DNA of 64,000 nucleotides, taken from an uncultured Verrucomicrobiae bacterium (GTDB taxonomy: Bacteria; Verrucomicrobiota; Verrucomicrobiia; Chthoniobacterales; JAFAMB01). Under the pieces are notes generated by a model that was given only the letters and a program-made list of their open reading frames with translations, had not been told where the DNA came from and did not search any database. Where the stretch lies: positions 576,001-640,000 of the forward strand of contig CAVXLD010000003.1 in NCBI GenBank assembly GCA_963762565.1, written 5' to 3'. Made by a program: the position numbers and the translations under genes. This document shows, in pieces, positions 1 through 8,900 of this stretch; the stretch's first letter is position 1; each line of letters starts with the position of its first letter.

Positions 1-231
1 TCCTCGTGCCCCTGGAATTTCGTTCCAGACCGCCGACGGTTCTTTTCCAGGCAGGCCTGTTTTCGGGTAACAAAAAATAACGCTTCGACCGGTGAGGCTT
101 GAGAAATCGATGGTGGATCCGGCGGTGGTGAGCAGCGCTACCTGAGGCATCTTCAGGCCCGCGAGGTGACCACATGCCCCATCATCTTGTGGAACGGGCA
201 GATTGTCAGGGAGAGAAAGAGACTGAGGCAT
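1..231 (-). CDS. Peroxiredoxin (BCP/AhpC-TSA redoxin family), 5' part; runs off the left edge
   Basis: Manual translation MPQSLSLPDNLPVPQDDGACGHLAGLKMP...VIFCYPKTGLPGKEPSAVWNEIPGARG matches the LPxPxDDGA...YPxTGxPG...WxxIPGARG(C) redoxin pattern; absent from the ORF track because it is truncated. Confidence 0.85.
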   Translation of the reverse strand, partial: MPQSLSLPDNLPVPQDDGACGHLAGLKMPQVALLTTAGSTIDFSSLTGRSVIFCYPKTGLPGKEPSAVWNEIPGARG

Positions 232-242
232 GAAACAGTTAC

Positions 243-285
243 GGGTTTTAGGTTATAAGTTTTAGGTTATAAGTTGCAGGTTTAG
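243..285. repeat. Heptamer tandem array (GGTTTTA/GGTTATA/AGTTTTA)
   Basis: gggttttaggttataagttttaggttataagtt; same unit recurs at 44516-44647. Confidence 0.75.
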
Positions 286-299
286 GCTGGCTCGCTGGA

Positions 300-791
300 T
301 CAGATCGCGGCGGTTAGGATTTGGACGAATTTTTGGAGTTCGGCTTCGTCCTGGTCGTCGAAGCGAGCGAACTCGGGGCTATCGATATCGAGAACGCCGA
401 TTAACGCGTCGCTTTTAATTATCGGGAGGACGATCTCGGAGTTTGAAGCGCTATCGCAGGCGATGTGGCCTGGAAATTCGTGGACGTTCGCTACCGCTAC
501 TGCTTGGCGTTGTTCAGCGGCGGTTCCGCAGACGCCTTGACCAAGTTTGATCCGGACGCAGGCGATTCTTCCTTGAAACGGGCCGAGTACCAGCTCTTGG
601 TCCTTAAGGAGATAAAAGCCGGCCCAGTTAACAGCAGGCAGGCTCCAGAAAAGTAACGCGGCGGCGTTAGCGAGATTCGCGATGAAGTCGGTCTCGCCGG
701 CCAGTACCGCTGGCAACGCGCGAAGGATCTCTGCGTACAGGGTTTTCTTGTCTGTGGTCTCAGGTGATGAGCTGATTACGGATGAGAACAT
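300..791 (-). CDS. msrC: GAF-domain free methionine-R-sulfoxide reductase
   Basis: NWAGFYL...LVLGPFQG..AC.RI..GQGVCGTAA...HIACDSASNSEIVLP..GVLDIDSP motifs. Confidence 0.9.
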   Translation of the reverse strand: MFSSVISSSPETTDKKTLYAEILRALPAVLAGETDFIANLANAAALLFWSLPAVNWAGFYLLKDQELVLGPFQGRIACVRIKLGQGVCGTAAEQRQAVAVANVHEFPGHIACDSASNSEIVLPIIKSDALIGVLDIDSPEFARFDDQDEAELQKFVQILTAAI

Positions 792-859
792 CGGTCGGTA
801 GTCAGAGATCCTAAAATAGTTTTTTAACCTAGCCGGATATTGGCGTTAGGCAAAAGAAG

Positions 860-992
860 GCGGAACTCGCCTTAGGCTCCTTCAATGACAAATGACAAAT
901 GACAGATGACAAAATTATGGAGCCCGGACCTGGTCCATTTGTCATTTGTCATCTGTGATCTGTTATTGGAACGAGCCTAAGGCGAGTTCCGC
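860..992. repeat. Family H hairpin: 20-bp inverted arms enclosing inverted (AAATGAC)n/(GTCATTT)n arrays
   Basis: GCGGAACTCGCCTTAGGCTC at 860-879 is the reverse complement of 973-992; heptamer arrays lie inside. Confidence 0.9.
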
Positions 993-2239
993 TACCATTT
1001 TACGTTCTGGAACCGCTCGGCTACGACTTCAGCATTTTCGCGGGAATTAAAGGCGGAGACCCGGAAGAAACCTTCTCCTTGGGCGCCGAATCCCGCCCCT
1101 GGGGTGATTACCACCTGGATCTCGTTTAGAATCTTATCAAACACGGCCCAACTCCCGTAGCCGGACGGGGCTTTCACCCACAAGTAGGGAGCATTGATTC
1201 CGCCATAAACGCTCAGACCGGTCTTCTGGAGGGCGGCCACCAGCAGGCGCGCATTTCCGAGATAGTGATCAATCAGGGATCGAATCTGTTCTCGGCCGGC
1301 CTTGGAGTAGAGGGACTCTGCTCCGCGCTGGACTGGATAGCTGACGCTGTTGAATTTGGTGCTGAATCGACGGTGCCAAAGCGGATGTAACGGTCTGCTC
1401 TCGCCCGATTGAGTGGTGGCTGACAATTCTTTCGGCAAGACGGTAAACCCGCAGCGGACACCGGTGAATCCACCATTCTTGGAAAAACTGCGAAACTCGA
1501 TGGCACATTTTCTAGCCCCCGGTATCTCGTAGATAGAGTGGGGTATTTCGGGCTCCGTAATATACGCTTCGTAAGCCGCATCGAAGAGTATGATTGCTTG
1601 GGAAGCCAGCGCGTAATCGACCCACTCGTTCAACTGGTCCCGGGTAGCCGTTGCTCCCGTGGGATTGTTTGGATAACAAAGATAAATCAGGTCGACTTTT
1701 TCTTTGGGCGGCGCGGGAACAAAGCCGTTTGTTTCGTTACACCGCAAATAGACGAAACCGGAGTAGGCGCCGGCCGAGTCCGCTTCTCCAGTGTGACCGG
1801 CCATAACATTGGTATCGACGTACACCGGGTAAACCGGATCCATGACTGCAATCCGATTCTGCGGCCCAAAAATATCGAGGATATTTGCGCAATCACATTT
1901 GGAACCATCCGACACAAAGATTTCGTCCGTAGCCACTTCGAGTCCGCGGGAGCGATAGTCATTTTCGACGATTGCATTCCGGAGAAATTCATAACCTTGC
2001 TCCGGCCCATACCCGCGAAAGGATTCTCGACGAGCCAGTTCGTCTACTGCACGATGCATCGCCTCAATGGCGGCTGCAGGTAATGGCTCGGTGACGTCCC
2101 CGATTCCGCAACGAATGATCTTCTTGCTCAGGTCCGGCTTCTCTTCGCCGAACTGTCTCACCCGGCGAGCAATTTCTGGGAATAGGTAACCAGCCTTAAG
2201 CTTAAGATAGTTATCGTTGAGGTATGCCACAGTTTGCAC
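992..2239 (-). CDS. dapL: LL-diaminopimelate aminotransferase
   Basis: [37 protein letters not shown] and SFSKxxGFTGxRCG motifs. Confidence 0.95.
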   Translation of the reverse strand: MQTVAYLNDNYLKLKAGYLFPEIARRVRQFGEEKPDLSKKIIRCGIGDVTEPLPAAAIEAMHRAVDELARRESFRGYGPEQGYEFLRNAIVENDYRSRGLEVATDEIFVSDGSKCDCANILDIFGPQNRIAVMDPVYPVYVDTNVMAGHTGEADSAGAYSGFVYLRCNETNGFVPAPPKEKVDLIYLCYPNNPTGATATRDQLNEWVDYALASQAIILFDAAYEAYITEPEIPHSIYEIPGARKCAIEFRSFSKNGGFTGVRCGFTVLPKELSATTQSGESRPLHPLWHRRFSTKFNSVSYPVQRGAESLYSKAGREQIRSLIDHYLGNARLLVAALQKTGLSVYGGINAPYLWVKAPSGYGSWAVFDKILNEIQVVITPGAGFGAQGEGFFRVSAFNSRENAEVVAERFQNVKW

Positions 2240-2279
2240 CCTCTACAAATGCATCAGTCATTTGTAAAGGGCGCAGGCT

Positions 2280-2497
2280 GGTAGGGCGAAAATCTCGGCG
2301 CGCCGTGGACGGGCCATTCAGGTCACGAGTATACGCCCCGGATTTGAGCCGCGCCGTGGGGTTGCTACCTCGCTGGACTCGCTGGTCCTGAGAGCGATGA
2401 CGGGCTGGATGTCGCCGCGCACGCATGGCTCAAATCCGGCGCGCATACACGTGGTTAGAATGGTCCATCCACGGCGCGCCGAGATTTTCGCCCTACC
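2280..2497. repeat. Family B REPIN-like element (GGTAGGGCGAAAATCTCGGCGCGCC arms with inner CCGGATTTGAGCC boxes)
   Basis: Inverted arms at both ends; the element is nearly a full-length hairpin; homologs at 31730, 56191 and 63195. Confidence 0.9.
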
Positions 2498-2509
2498 GGC
2501 GTTTTAACG

Positions 2510-3121
2510 TTATTTAGCGGCCAGGAAGTTCTGTTCGGCTTGGTCCCAGCTGACGACGTTCCACCAAGCCTTCAGGTAGTCAGGTCGCCGATTTTGGTAG
2601 AGCAGGTAGTAGGAATGTTCCCAAACATCGAGACCAATGACCGGTTTCAAACCATCCATAATCGGGCTATCCTGGTTTGGAGTAGAGATGACTTCGAGGT
2701 TGCCTTCTTTATTCACCACTAGCCACGCCCAACCGCTGCCAAATCTACCGGCGCCGGCCGCCTGAAATTTCTCTTTAAATGCGTCAATGCTGCCGAAAGT
2801 CGCAGTAATCGCGTCGGCCAGTTTTCCCTTTGGAGTACCGCCGGCGTTCGGAGCCATAATTTTCCAAAAGAACGAGTGGTTAGAGTGACCGCCTGCGTTG
2901 TTCCGTACTGCGGTCCGAATCGATTCGGGTACCTGGCTAAGATTAGCGATAAGCTCGTTGACAGGCTTCGCAGCTAAATCCGGGTGGTCCTTTAGCGCAT
3001 TATTTGCGTTGGTAATATACGCTTGGTGATGCTTGTCATGATGGATTTCCATCGTCTTGGCATCAATATGTGGCTCCAGAGCGTTAGTTGGATAGGGTAG
3101 AGGAGGAAGTTCGTAAGCCAT
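2510..3121 (-). CDS. sodA: Mn/Fe superoxide dismutase
   Basis: [27 protein letters not shown] and DVWEHSYY motifs. Confidence 0.95.
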   Translation of the reverse strand: MAYELPPLPYPTNALEPHIDAKTMEIHHDKHHQAYITNANNALKDHPDLAAKPVNELIANLSQVPESIRTAVRNNAGGHSNHSFFWKIMAPNAGGTPKGKLADAITATFGSIDAFKEKFQAAGAGRFGSGWAWLVVNKEGNLEVISTPNQDSPIMDGLKPVIGLDVWEHSYYLLYQNRRPDYLKAWWNVVSWDQAEQNFLAAK

Positions 3122-3280
3122 AGAATTTCATCAAGGAAACTGGTTTGTGCGAGCCCTGTAACGGCTTGTTCCTTGGCTCGCATAGCAACTAAACCCCTGC
3201 CGCCCAACGCGTCAAATTGATGCAAAGTCAGGCGGCCACCCTATTAAGCTATGCGGGCGTGCGGCGTTTGGTCGTAACCC

Positions 3281-3516
3281 TGGAGCGCTGCCTCGCTTGC
3301 CAGGCCGTGGTGACGGGGCGACTGACGTCACACGCTACACTTGCCTTTGCTGGCTCTATTGTCAGCCGATCGAGGCTCTGGGCAGGTTTCTATCCGCGGC
3401 AACGATTAGCACTTCGAGCTGCAAATCGGCCCGTTACAGAGCGTAGACAAAGAAATGGCGTAAGTGAACTGTATCGCCTTGCTCACCACGGCCTCGCAAG
3501 CGAGGCGGCGCTCCAC
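3281..3516. repeat. Family A REPIN-like element (TGGAGCG..GCCTCGCTTGCGAGGCCG arms)
   Basis: Inverted arms of about 32 bp; homologs at 16645, 28293, 35503 and 46688. Confidence 0.9.
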
Positions 3517-3521
3517 AGGTA

Positions 3522-3848
3522 TTAGTCGGTTAGCGTCGGCTCGATGACCTCCGATTTGGGTCGAGGGATGGATTCCGGGCCATTCGCACTTTCCAATGTA
3601 GGCGCTGAGGTTATCAGCGGTTCTAGGTTGTATCGTTCGAGCCCTTCCTCGATGAGCTCGGCAGCACAAAGGTGCATGGGGATATCGCGTGACGCACTCA
3701 GCTTCCGCAAAGCGGCTTGCATGTCTTCGGTGAGGATTATCTGAAGAAAGGCTTTATGCTCTTCCTTGAGGCGGGTCCGCCGGCGGCGCTGTGCTTCACG
3801 TAGTTGCAAGAGGCGTTTTTTGCGCTTCTGGGCTACTTGCTGAATCAT
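3522..3848 (-). CDS. Hypothetical small basic protein, possible ribbon-helix-helix DNA binder
   Basis: ATG at 3848; REAQRRRRTRLKEE followed by FLQIILTEDMQAALRKLS...AAELIEEGL (strand-helix-helix pattern). Confidence 0.5.
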   Translation of the reverse strand: MIQQVAQKRKKRLLQLREAQRRRRTRLKEEHKAFLQIILTEDMQAALRKLSASRDIPMHLCAAELIEEGLERYNLEPLITSAPTLESANGPESIPRPKSEVIEPTLTD

Positions 3849-4041
3849 ACTGGGGGAAATCGCCCAACGATAACCACCCGCAGCCAGGAAGTCGAGCCCG
3901 CAACGTTCAAAAATGATCAGCATTTGAGGAACTCTGGGTTCGACTTCCTGGCTATAGCCCGGCTGGCTGGCAATCGTTGACGATTTTGCCATCCAGCCGA
4001 GCTGTTGACATAGGGGCCGGTCACGCCTAAGCAAAGGACTT

Positions 4042-4491
4042 GTGGTAAACCTGACGTTTTCGTCTTCTTTGCCGGTTGACCGCCGGGAAGAGTTAGAAGC
4101 GCTGATGTTTTTCCACCCGCAGCAGGGCGAACATGAATCGGGGATAAACGCTTCAATTCTTAGTTACGGATTCCCGAAGATCATCGTGGAACACGAGCAA
4201 ATCAGAATCGGGATTGAAGGGCGAGAAGTGCAGACGTTATACGCATTCATGGACCGCGGCCGAGAAAAGGACCTGGCTGGGGTGGTTGTCTACACGAGGA
4301 CTGGTGAAGACACACTGGCGCTGCTCCACATGGCGGTGAAACCGGAGTATTCATACTCGGTCGGTTACCGGAACGAGCTGGTTCTTGTGCGCATCTTGGC
4401 CCAAGTGCGCTCGATTGCGAAGAGAATAAAAGGAGTAAAACGGCTCTCGATTGCCTACGCGGGGCAAATCGTTCCGAGAGTGGAGATCTAA
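4042..4491 (+). CDS. Hypothetical protein with GNAT-like segment
   Basis: 149-aa ORF; LAGVVVY...LALLHMAVKPEY resembles GNAT beta3-beta4 but lacks the R-xx-GxG loop. Confidence 0.65.
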   Translation: MVNLTFSSSLPVDRREELEALMFFHPQQGEHESGINASILSYGFPKIIVEHEQIRIGIEGREVQTLYAFMDRGREKDLAGVVVYTRTGEDTLALLHMAVKPEYSYSVGYRNELVLVRILAQVRSIAKRIKGVKRLSIAYAGQIVPRVEI

Positions 4492-4528
4492 GCTCCTCGA
4501 ACTCGCCTATTTATTACGTCGGACGCCG

Positions 4529-5299
4529 ATGAATTCTCCGACTCACGCAGCACTACCAGCGATCACGGAATACTTGGACCGCCTCTTGGACATTCCGGCA
4601 TTTCCGGATTACCCGAACGCATTTAACGGGCTACAACTCGAAAACTCGGGCCGGGTCACGAAGATCGGCGCAGCGGTCGACTCGGGTTTGCGGGTGGTTG
4701 AGATGGCAATCGCCGAAGAGGTGGATCTGTTGCTGGTTCACCACGGATTATTCTGGGGTGGTTGTGCGCCAATCGCAGGTCATGGCTATCGGAAGCTGGC
4801 CAAAGCAATCGGAGCGAACCTCGCGATCTACAGCGCCCACCTTCCGTTGGATGCTCATCCTGAGATTGGGAACAACGTTCTGCTCGCGGCGGAGCTCGGA
4901 TTGATGCCAGTAGAGCCGTTCTTCGAATTCAAGGGCCGTTCCGTGGGCTGTTTCTCCGGTGTCGAGATTGATTACGCGACATTACTGGGGAGAATCGAAC
5001 AGAAATTTGCCCGAACGGTCTGGCATTGTCATGCGGGTCCCGATCGTGTCAAAAGAGTTGGCATCGTCACAGGAGGCGGCGGATCTGAGCTGGCGCAGGC
5101 TAAGAACGAGGGCGTGGATACTTTTATTACCGGCGAAGGGCCGCATCACACGTTCACGATGGCCGAGGAGTTGGGAATCAATCTGATCTATGCCGGGCAT
5201 TATGCGACGGAGACGGGCGGAGTAAAAGCGCTGGCGGGTCGCGTGGCGAGCGTTTTCGAGGTGCCCTGGGTTTTCCTGGATCATCCCTCGGGGCTCTAG
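4529..5299 (+). CDS. Nif3-like dinuclear metal-centre hexameric protein (YbgI family)
   Basis: NGLQ, LLVHHGLFWG, HLPLDAHPEIGNN, FITGE and GHYATETGGV motifs; start placed at ATG 4529. Confidence 0.93.
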   Translation: MNSPTHAALPAITEYLDRLLDIPAFPDYPNAFNGLQLENSGRVTKIGAAVDSGLRVVEMAIAEEVDLLLVHHGLFWGGCAPIAGHGYRKLAKAIGANLAIYSAHLPLDAHPEIGNNVLLAAELGLMPVEPFFEFKGRSVGCFSGVEIDYATLLGRIEQKFARTVWHCHAGPDRVKRVGIVTGGGGSELAQAKNEGVDTFITGEGPHHTFTMAEELGINLIYAGHYATETGGVKALAGRVASVFEVPWVFLDHPSGL

Positions 5300-5419
5300 G
5301 AAATCGCGCTCTGGTCGTGGTAATCTTGGTTTCTTTCGGCTTCAGGGGTATGTCACGAATGGGACCTATGGGACTAATAGGACTTATGTGACCTTACGCC
5401 TTTCAAAGACTAGAGATCG

Positions 5420-6013
5420 ATGCAGAACGAGACCCTGACGAGACAGTTCTTTGAGCGGCCGCCGCTGGTTTGTGCCAGAGAAATGCTGGGGTGCACGCTG
5501 ACGTGGGGCGAAACAGCCGGCATCATTGTAGAAACGGAGGCCTATGCGGAACACGGAGACGAGGCATCCCACGCATTTGTACGGCCGACGACCCGGACCT
5601 TTATCCGAGATCTGCCCCCTGGGACCGTGTATATCTATCTAAACTACGGAGTGCATTGGCTGCTGAATTTTCTGACCAAAGGCGGCGATTTGCGTGGATT
5701 TGTCCTCATCCGGGCGCTGCAGCCGGTGTCGGGTCTAGATGTGATGAGACGGAGACGTCGTGTAAATCAGGACAAAACGCTTTGCTCCGGCCCGGGTAAG
5801 CTTACCCAGGCAATGGGGATCACCGCTCAATGGCACGGGCAAGATTTTTTCTCCATCCCTGGTGTTTCGCTGAGCCGAAACTCGAAACAGCCGGCCGTAG
5901 TCGTCGACCGGCGAGTCGGCATTACAAAATCTCCTGACTTCGAATGGCGATTTTCGATCGCCAACTCGCAGTACGTGAGTCTTAAGAGAGGAAAACCCGC
6001 CTCAGATCGCTGA
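5420..6013 (+). CDS. mpg: DNA-3-methyladenine glycosylase (MPG/AAG family)
   Basis: GIIVETEAY, YIYLNYGVH, VLIRAL, LCSGPGKL and RVGITK motifs. Confidence 0.92.
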   Translation: MQNETLTRQFFERPPLVCAREMLGCTLTWGETAGIIVETEAYAEHGDEASHAFVRPTTRTFIRDLPPGTVYIYLNYGVHWLLNFLTKGGDLRGFVLIRALQPVSGLDVMRRRRRVNQDKTLCSGPGKLTQAMGITAQWHGQDFFSIPGVSLSRNSKQPAVVVDRRVGITKSPDFEWRFSIANSQYVSLKRGKPASDR

Positions 6014-6045
6014 GGCGGGTATCAAATACTCTCCGAGGCGCAGGC

Positions 6046-6171
6046 CTACTTCGAGTAACCGGTGGTCGTCTTCGCCGGTGCCGGGGGTGGGGTATTGTTA
6101 CTGTGGCAGGCCGACATTCCGAGGGCCAGAGCGGCAAAAGCCGCCAAGGTGATGCACTTCACGATCTTCAT
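6046..6171 (-). CDS. Small (41-aa) predicted lipoprotein
   Basis: MKIVKCITLAAFAALALGMSA-CHSNNTPPPAPAKTTTGYSK*: basic n-region, hydrophobic h-region, lipobox MSAC; AAGGAGG upstream. Confidence 0.75.
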   Translation of the reverse strand: MKIVKCITLAAFAALALGMSACHSNNTPPPAPAKTTTGYSK

Positions 6172-6334
6172 TGTATTTATCTCTCGCCTCCTTTCCTAGC
6201 TAGCAGCATGTTGGTATTAGGCTGAACGTTTGGTTCAGACAAATGCATTTTTGTAAATTCGAACCCGACGGGCCGCAGAAGTAAAAGGGTCAATCCGAAG
6301 CAATTAAGGTGGATTTTCCGGGGCAATAGGGCCT

Positions 6335-6487
6335 TCATGGCAAGATCTCGACTTCCGTCCCGACGTCTATCAGATCAAACAACTGAATTATGTCTTGGTT
6401 GCGCATCCTGATGCATCCACGACTCGCTGCTTGCCCGATCAGCTGCTCATTCCCGTAGCGCGAGTGATTTTTGCACGCTACGTTCAT
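6335..6487 (-). pseudogene. C-terminal remnant of a YkuD-family L,D-transpeptidase
   Basis: GNEQLIGQAASRGCIRMRNQDIIQLFDLIDVGTEVEI matches the YkuD catalytic tail; the upstream HG motif and N-terminus are missing. Confidence 0.7.
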
Positions 6488-6496
6488 GCTCCTTCC

Positions 6497-7501
6497 ATGG
6501 CTAACGGTTTCAATTTGGCAATAGCGGGCGCTACCGGTGCGGTTGGCGTTGAATTTATTAAGTTGCTCGAAGAAGGAGACCTTCCTGTCAAGAACTTGAA
6601 GCTCCTGGCCTCGGCCAAATCTGCGGGGAAACAGCTCAAGTTTAAGGGAGATTCGCTGACTGTGGAGGAGTTGAAAACTGATTCGTTCGCCGGCGTTGAT
6701 CTGGCGTTCTTCAGCGCAGGCGCCGGCACTTCGAGGGAATTTGCGCCGGCGGCGGTGAAGCAGGGAGCCGTCGTGGTGGATAATTCGTCCGCCTTCCGGA
6801 TGGATTCGGAAGTACCGCTGGTAATTCCGGAGATTAATCCAGACGATGCTGGAGCGCACAAAGGCACGATTGCGGTGCCAAACTGCACGACGATTGTCGC
6901 TTTAATGGCGCTTTATCCGCTCCATAAAGCATTTCACGTCAATCGGGTGGTTGCCACAAGTTTTCAGGCTGTTTCTGGCGCCGGGGCCAAGGCAATTGCC
7001 GAGCTGACGAGTCAGACAGAAGCCTATTTGGCGGATCAACCGGTCAAGCAAAGCGTGTTTCCGCACCCGATTGCGTTCAACGTCTTACCGCAGGTCGACA
7101 TCTTTCTCGAGTCCGGTTACACCAAAGAGGAAGAAAAGTTTCGGAACGAGAGCCGGAAGATTATGCATCATCCGACGTTTCGCGCTTCCATCACCTGTGT
7201 TCGGGTGCCGGTTTACCGATCGCATTCCGTGGCGATAACAGCGGAATTCGCCAAACACGTCTCCGTGGACCATGCACGTGACGTTCTGGCTAAGGCGCCA
7301 GGCATTGCCCTGGTCGACGACCCGGCCCGCTTGGAATACCCGATGCCGATCACTTGTTCAGGCAAAAAGGAGTGTGCCGTGGGCCGTCTGCGCATCGATT
7401 GGGCATTCGAGAACGGGCTAGCATTCTGGACCTGCGGGGACCAGCTCCTGAAAGGAGCTGCCTTTAACGCTTTGCAAATCGCGGAACTGGTGCTGCGTTG
7501 A
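6497..7501 (+). CDS. asd: Aspartate-semialdehyde dehydrogenase
   Basis: GATGAVG, FFSAGA, DNSSAFRM, PNCTT, QAVSGAG and CVRVPV motifs; start at ATG 6497. Confidence 0.95.
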   Translation: MANGFNLAIAGATGAVGVEFIKLLEEGDLPVKNLKLLASAKSAGKQLKFKGDSLTVEELKTDSFAGVDLAFFSAGAGTSREFAPAAVKQGAVVVDNSSAFRMDSEVPLVIPEINPDDAGAHKGTIAVPNCTTIVALMALYPLHKAFHVNRVVATSFQAVSGAGAKAIAELTSQTEAYLADQPVKQSVFPHPIAFNVLPQVDIFLESGYTKEEEKFRNESRKIMHHPTFRASITCVRVPVYRSHSVAITAEFAKHVSVDHARDVLAKAPGIALVDDPARLEYPMPITCSGKKECAVGRLRIDWAFENGLAFWTCGDQLLKGAAFNALQIAELVLR

Positions 7502-7510
7502 GAGGGACTG

Positions 7511-7632
7511 GGGAGGGCGCGCGTCCCCGCGCGCCGCGAGGACGTGCCCACCTAAAAAGTGTCTTTTCATCCTCGAATGCAATACGCGCACGGCTTCGTT
7601 GACAAGGGATCGCGGGGACGCGATCCCCTCCC
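7511..7632. repeat. Family C REP doublet (GGGAGGGCGCGCGTCCCCGCGCGCCG ... GGATCGCGGGGACGCGATCCCCTCCC)
   Basis: Homologous along its length to 10102-10223, same orientation. Confidence 0.88.
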
Positions 7633-7760
7633 GGCGATGGGCATGCATTCGGTCCACCGAGTCCACGGCGTCTATTAGTTGACATACGTATCTCTCACCT
7701 CATAAGCGACTTACGCCGAGAAAGACGCATTGTCTGGCGCTATACGGCGCATTACGGCAA

Positions 7761-7830
7761 AATCAGGAGAGATCATGAAATATCTTGACGAATCATGCAT
7801 CAAACCGTACTTTGGCGCCCAATCGTGCAT
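7761..7830 (+). promoter_or_regulatory. Sigma70 promoter with tandem operator-like repeats
   Basis: TTGACG (7785-7790), 17 bp, TACTTT (7808-7813); AATCaggaga/GATCATGAAA/AATCATGCAT/AATCGTGCAT in 10-bp register. Confidence 0.6.
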
Positions 7831-8604
7831 GATACAGCAGCTCCCGACCTAGAATTGTTCCCTATCGAGCGCCGGGAACGGATTCTGGAAGCTTTGACCA
7901 ACCATGGCAAAGTGATCGCGGCGGACTTGGCTACTTCATTGCGAGTCTCCGTGGACACAGTGCGTAGAGACCTCAATCAGTTGGTTGCAGAAGGGTTGGC
8001 TCGGCGGGTCCATGGCGGCGCATTGCGCGCTGCTCCGTTTCCGCCGAAAGTCACAGAGCGTTCCGCCCAGCCGTCTTCCCTCAAGCCGGAGCTAGCGCAA
8101 AAGGCTGTGGCGCTGATTCAGTCGAGGAACGTCGTTTTATTCGATGGCGGGAGCACAAACCAGGAACTGATTCGCTCGATCCCACGTGAGCTGCCATTTA
8201 CGGCGGTCACACCAAGCCTTCCGGTGGCGACGGCGCTTTCTGAGCTGCCTTTGGTTGAAGTGATCGTTCTTGGCGGCAGAATTTTGGCCCGGGAACTAGT
8301 GACTACCGGGGTACGAGCCGTCAAAGAAATAAGCGATTTTCGGGCTGACCTTTGCTACCTAGGCGTCTGTGCTGTTCATCGGCATGTGGGGGTTTCAACA
8401 TTTTCGGTGGAAGAGTTAGAACTAAAACAGGCTCTGATCCGTTGTGCAGGCACGGTTGCAGCGGTCATTTCAGCGGAGAAGTTCGGAAAAATGGCGCCTT
8501 TCGTAGTTGGGCCGGCAAGGATCCTTAGCAACGCCTTTGTCGAAGCAGGAGCAGACCCGAAGGAAATTGAGCAGCTCCGAATCGACGGGGTTTGTGTAGT
8601 CTGA
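7825..8604 (+). CDS. DeoR/GlpR-family transcriptional regulator
   Basis: ERRERIL...VSVDTVRRDL...RVHGGA HTH, DGGST and VIVLGG motifs; start moved to GTG 7825, downstream of the promoter. Confidence 0.92.
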   Translation: MHDTAAPDLELFPIERRERILEALTNHGKVIAADLATSLRVSVDTVRRDLNQLVAEGLARRVHGGALRAAPFPPKVTERSAQPSSLKPELAQKAVALIQSRNVVLFDGGSTNQELIRSIPRELPFTAVTPSLPVATALSELPLVEVIVLGGRILARELVTTGVRAVKEISDFRADLCYLGVCAVHRHVGVSTFSVEELELKQALIRCAGTVAAVISAEKFGKMAPFVVGPARILSNAFVEAGADPKEIEQLRIDGVCVV

Positions 8605-8610
8605 GAACTG

Positions 8611-8900
8611 GTGTCCTGTCCCATAAATAGCGTGGCTTTCGTTGCGATCAAAATGGGCCGCCGGCAAGGCGGTCCGAGCTGGACTGGCGGTAGAGGGCGC
8701 ATATCTAGATTGATACGTAACCGACGAGCAACGCAGCCGCCGGCCCATTTTCATCGCAACCCTCCGGGCCGTGGCCAATTGGCTGTTTTTCCGCGCTGCT
8801 CGCTCGACCCTTATGAACCAGATATGGGCGCTTCGCTCGCGCCTTGAAAAACAGCCAACTGGCCGACGGCGAAAGCCACGTTATTTATGGGACAGGACAC
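8611..8900. mobile_element. MITE, 290 bp, with 31-bp terminal inverted repeats
   Basis: GTGTCCTGTCCCATAAATAGCGTGGCTTTCG (8611-8641) vs reverse complement of 8870-8900, one mismatch; two internal hairpins; no coding capacity. Confidence 0.85.

Noticed and set aside
70..230. Possible 6S/SRP RNA at the left edge
   Set aside because: Fully explained by the minus-strand peroxiredoxin reading frame
2240..2500. Lysine riboswitch upstream of dapL
   Set aside because: The region is occupied by a family B repeat; no riboswitch core motifs seen
6395..6496. Long N-terminal extensions in the ORF track (asd; also Nif3, S9, imuB, ruvC, Spy, pyrR)
   Set aside because: They run through repeats, promoters or neighbouring genes; downstream starts match family N-termini
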